From Octopus bimaculoides (Eukaryota), in the NCBI RefSeq assembly GCF_001194135.2, contig NC_068996.1, forward strand, positions 56,868,960 to 56,932,959: a DNA stretch of 64,000 nt. The letters are read 5' to 3'. The translations under genes were made by a program, and so were the position numbers. Below, one piece after another: positions 63,671 to 64,000 of this stretch. The notes below the pieces were generated by a model. It made no database searches. It worked only from the letters and a program-made list of their open reading frames with translations, and had not been told where the DNA came from. Position 1 is the first letter of the stretch. Every line of letters begins with the position of its first letter.

Positions 63671-63754
63671 ACAGATTTATTTCTAGTTATGATGTATGGT
63701 GTTTCAATTATACAATGTATATATCTACAAAGAAGTTACAAACTGAGAAATTAA
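63671..63754 (+). CDS. Possible terminal coding exon (TDLFLVMMYGVSIIQCIYLQRSYKLRN*), phase 0
   Basis: Very strong polypyrimidine acceptor (ttgtttgtttgtttttctcctcctttag) and phase matches exon 58101. Short, so chance cannot be excluded. Confidence 0.3.
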   Translation, partial: TDLFLVMMYGVSIIQCIYLQRSYKLRN

Positions 63755-64000
63755 ACATTCTTTATATATCATCATCATCATCATCATCGTTTAACGTCCG
63801 CTTTCCATGCTAGCATGGGTTGGACGATTTGACTGAGGACTGGTGAAACCGGATGGCAACACCAGGCTCCAGTCTAATTTGGCAGAGTTTCTACAGCTGG
63901 ATGCCCTTCCTAATGCCAACCACTCAGAGAGTGTAGTGGGTGCTTTTACGTGTCACCCGCACGAAAACGGCCACGCTCGAAATGGTGTCTTTTATGTGCC

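Overview
AT-rich, gap-containing (N) eukaryotic DNA. The SINE families, LINE families and (AAT)n/(ATG)n/(TA)n/(CA)n load point to an octopus-type cephalopod draft assembly; this is inference from repeat content and was not database-checked. Most of the window is intronic and made of decayed mobile elements: RLE-endonuclease LINEs (R4/Dong-like plus a second family), RTE LINEs, at least four SINE-like families, a full-length decayed Hsmar1-like mariner, two identically deleted DD37D (maT-like) elements, pogo/Tigger, hAT and piggyBac-like MITEs, a probable non-autonomous LTR element and Penelope-like remnants. None of the listed ORFs is a credible intact stand-alone gene. By hand I find a phase-compatible chain of five small + strand exons (10266-10396, 12323-12364, 39834-39877, 42678-42778, 57911-58101), possibly ending at 63671-63754, that encodes a protein I do not recognise. 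The most notable non-coding items are a ~352-bp partially tandem unit carrying a type I hammerhead fold (retrozyme/Penelope-like) just downstream of one exon, several other hammerhead-type motifs, a PHD-like finger inside an RTE reverse transcriptase, a 49-bp-arm near-perfect hairpin and an inverted telomere-like repeat inside a TIR-bounded element. No rRNA, tRNA gene or CRISPR array is supported. Coordinates of decayed elements are approximate (tens of bp).
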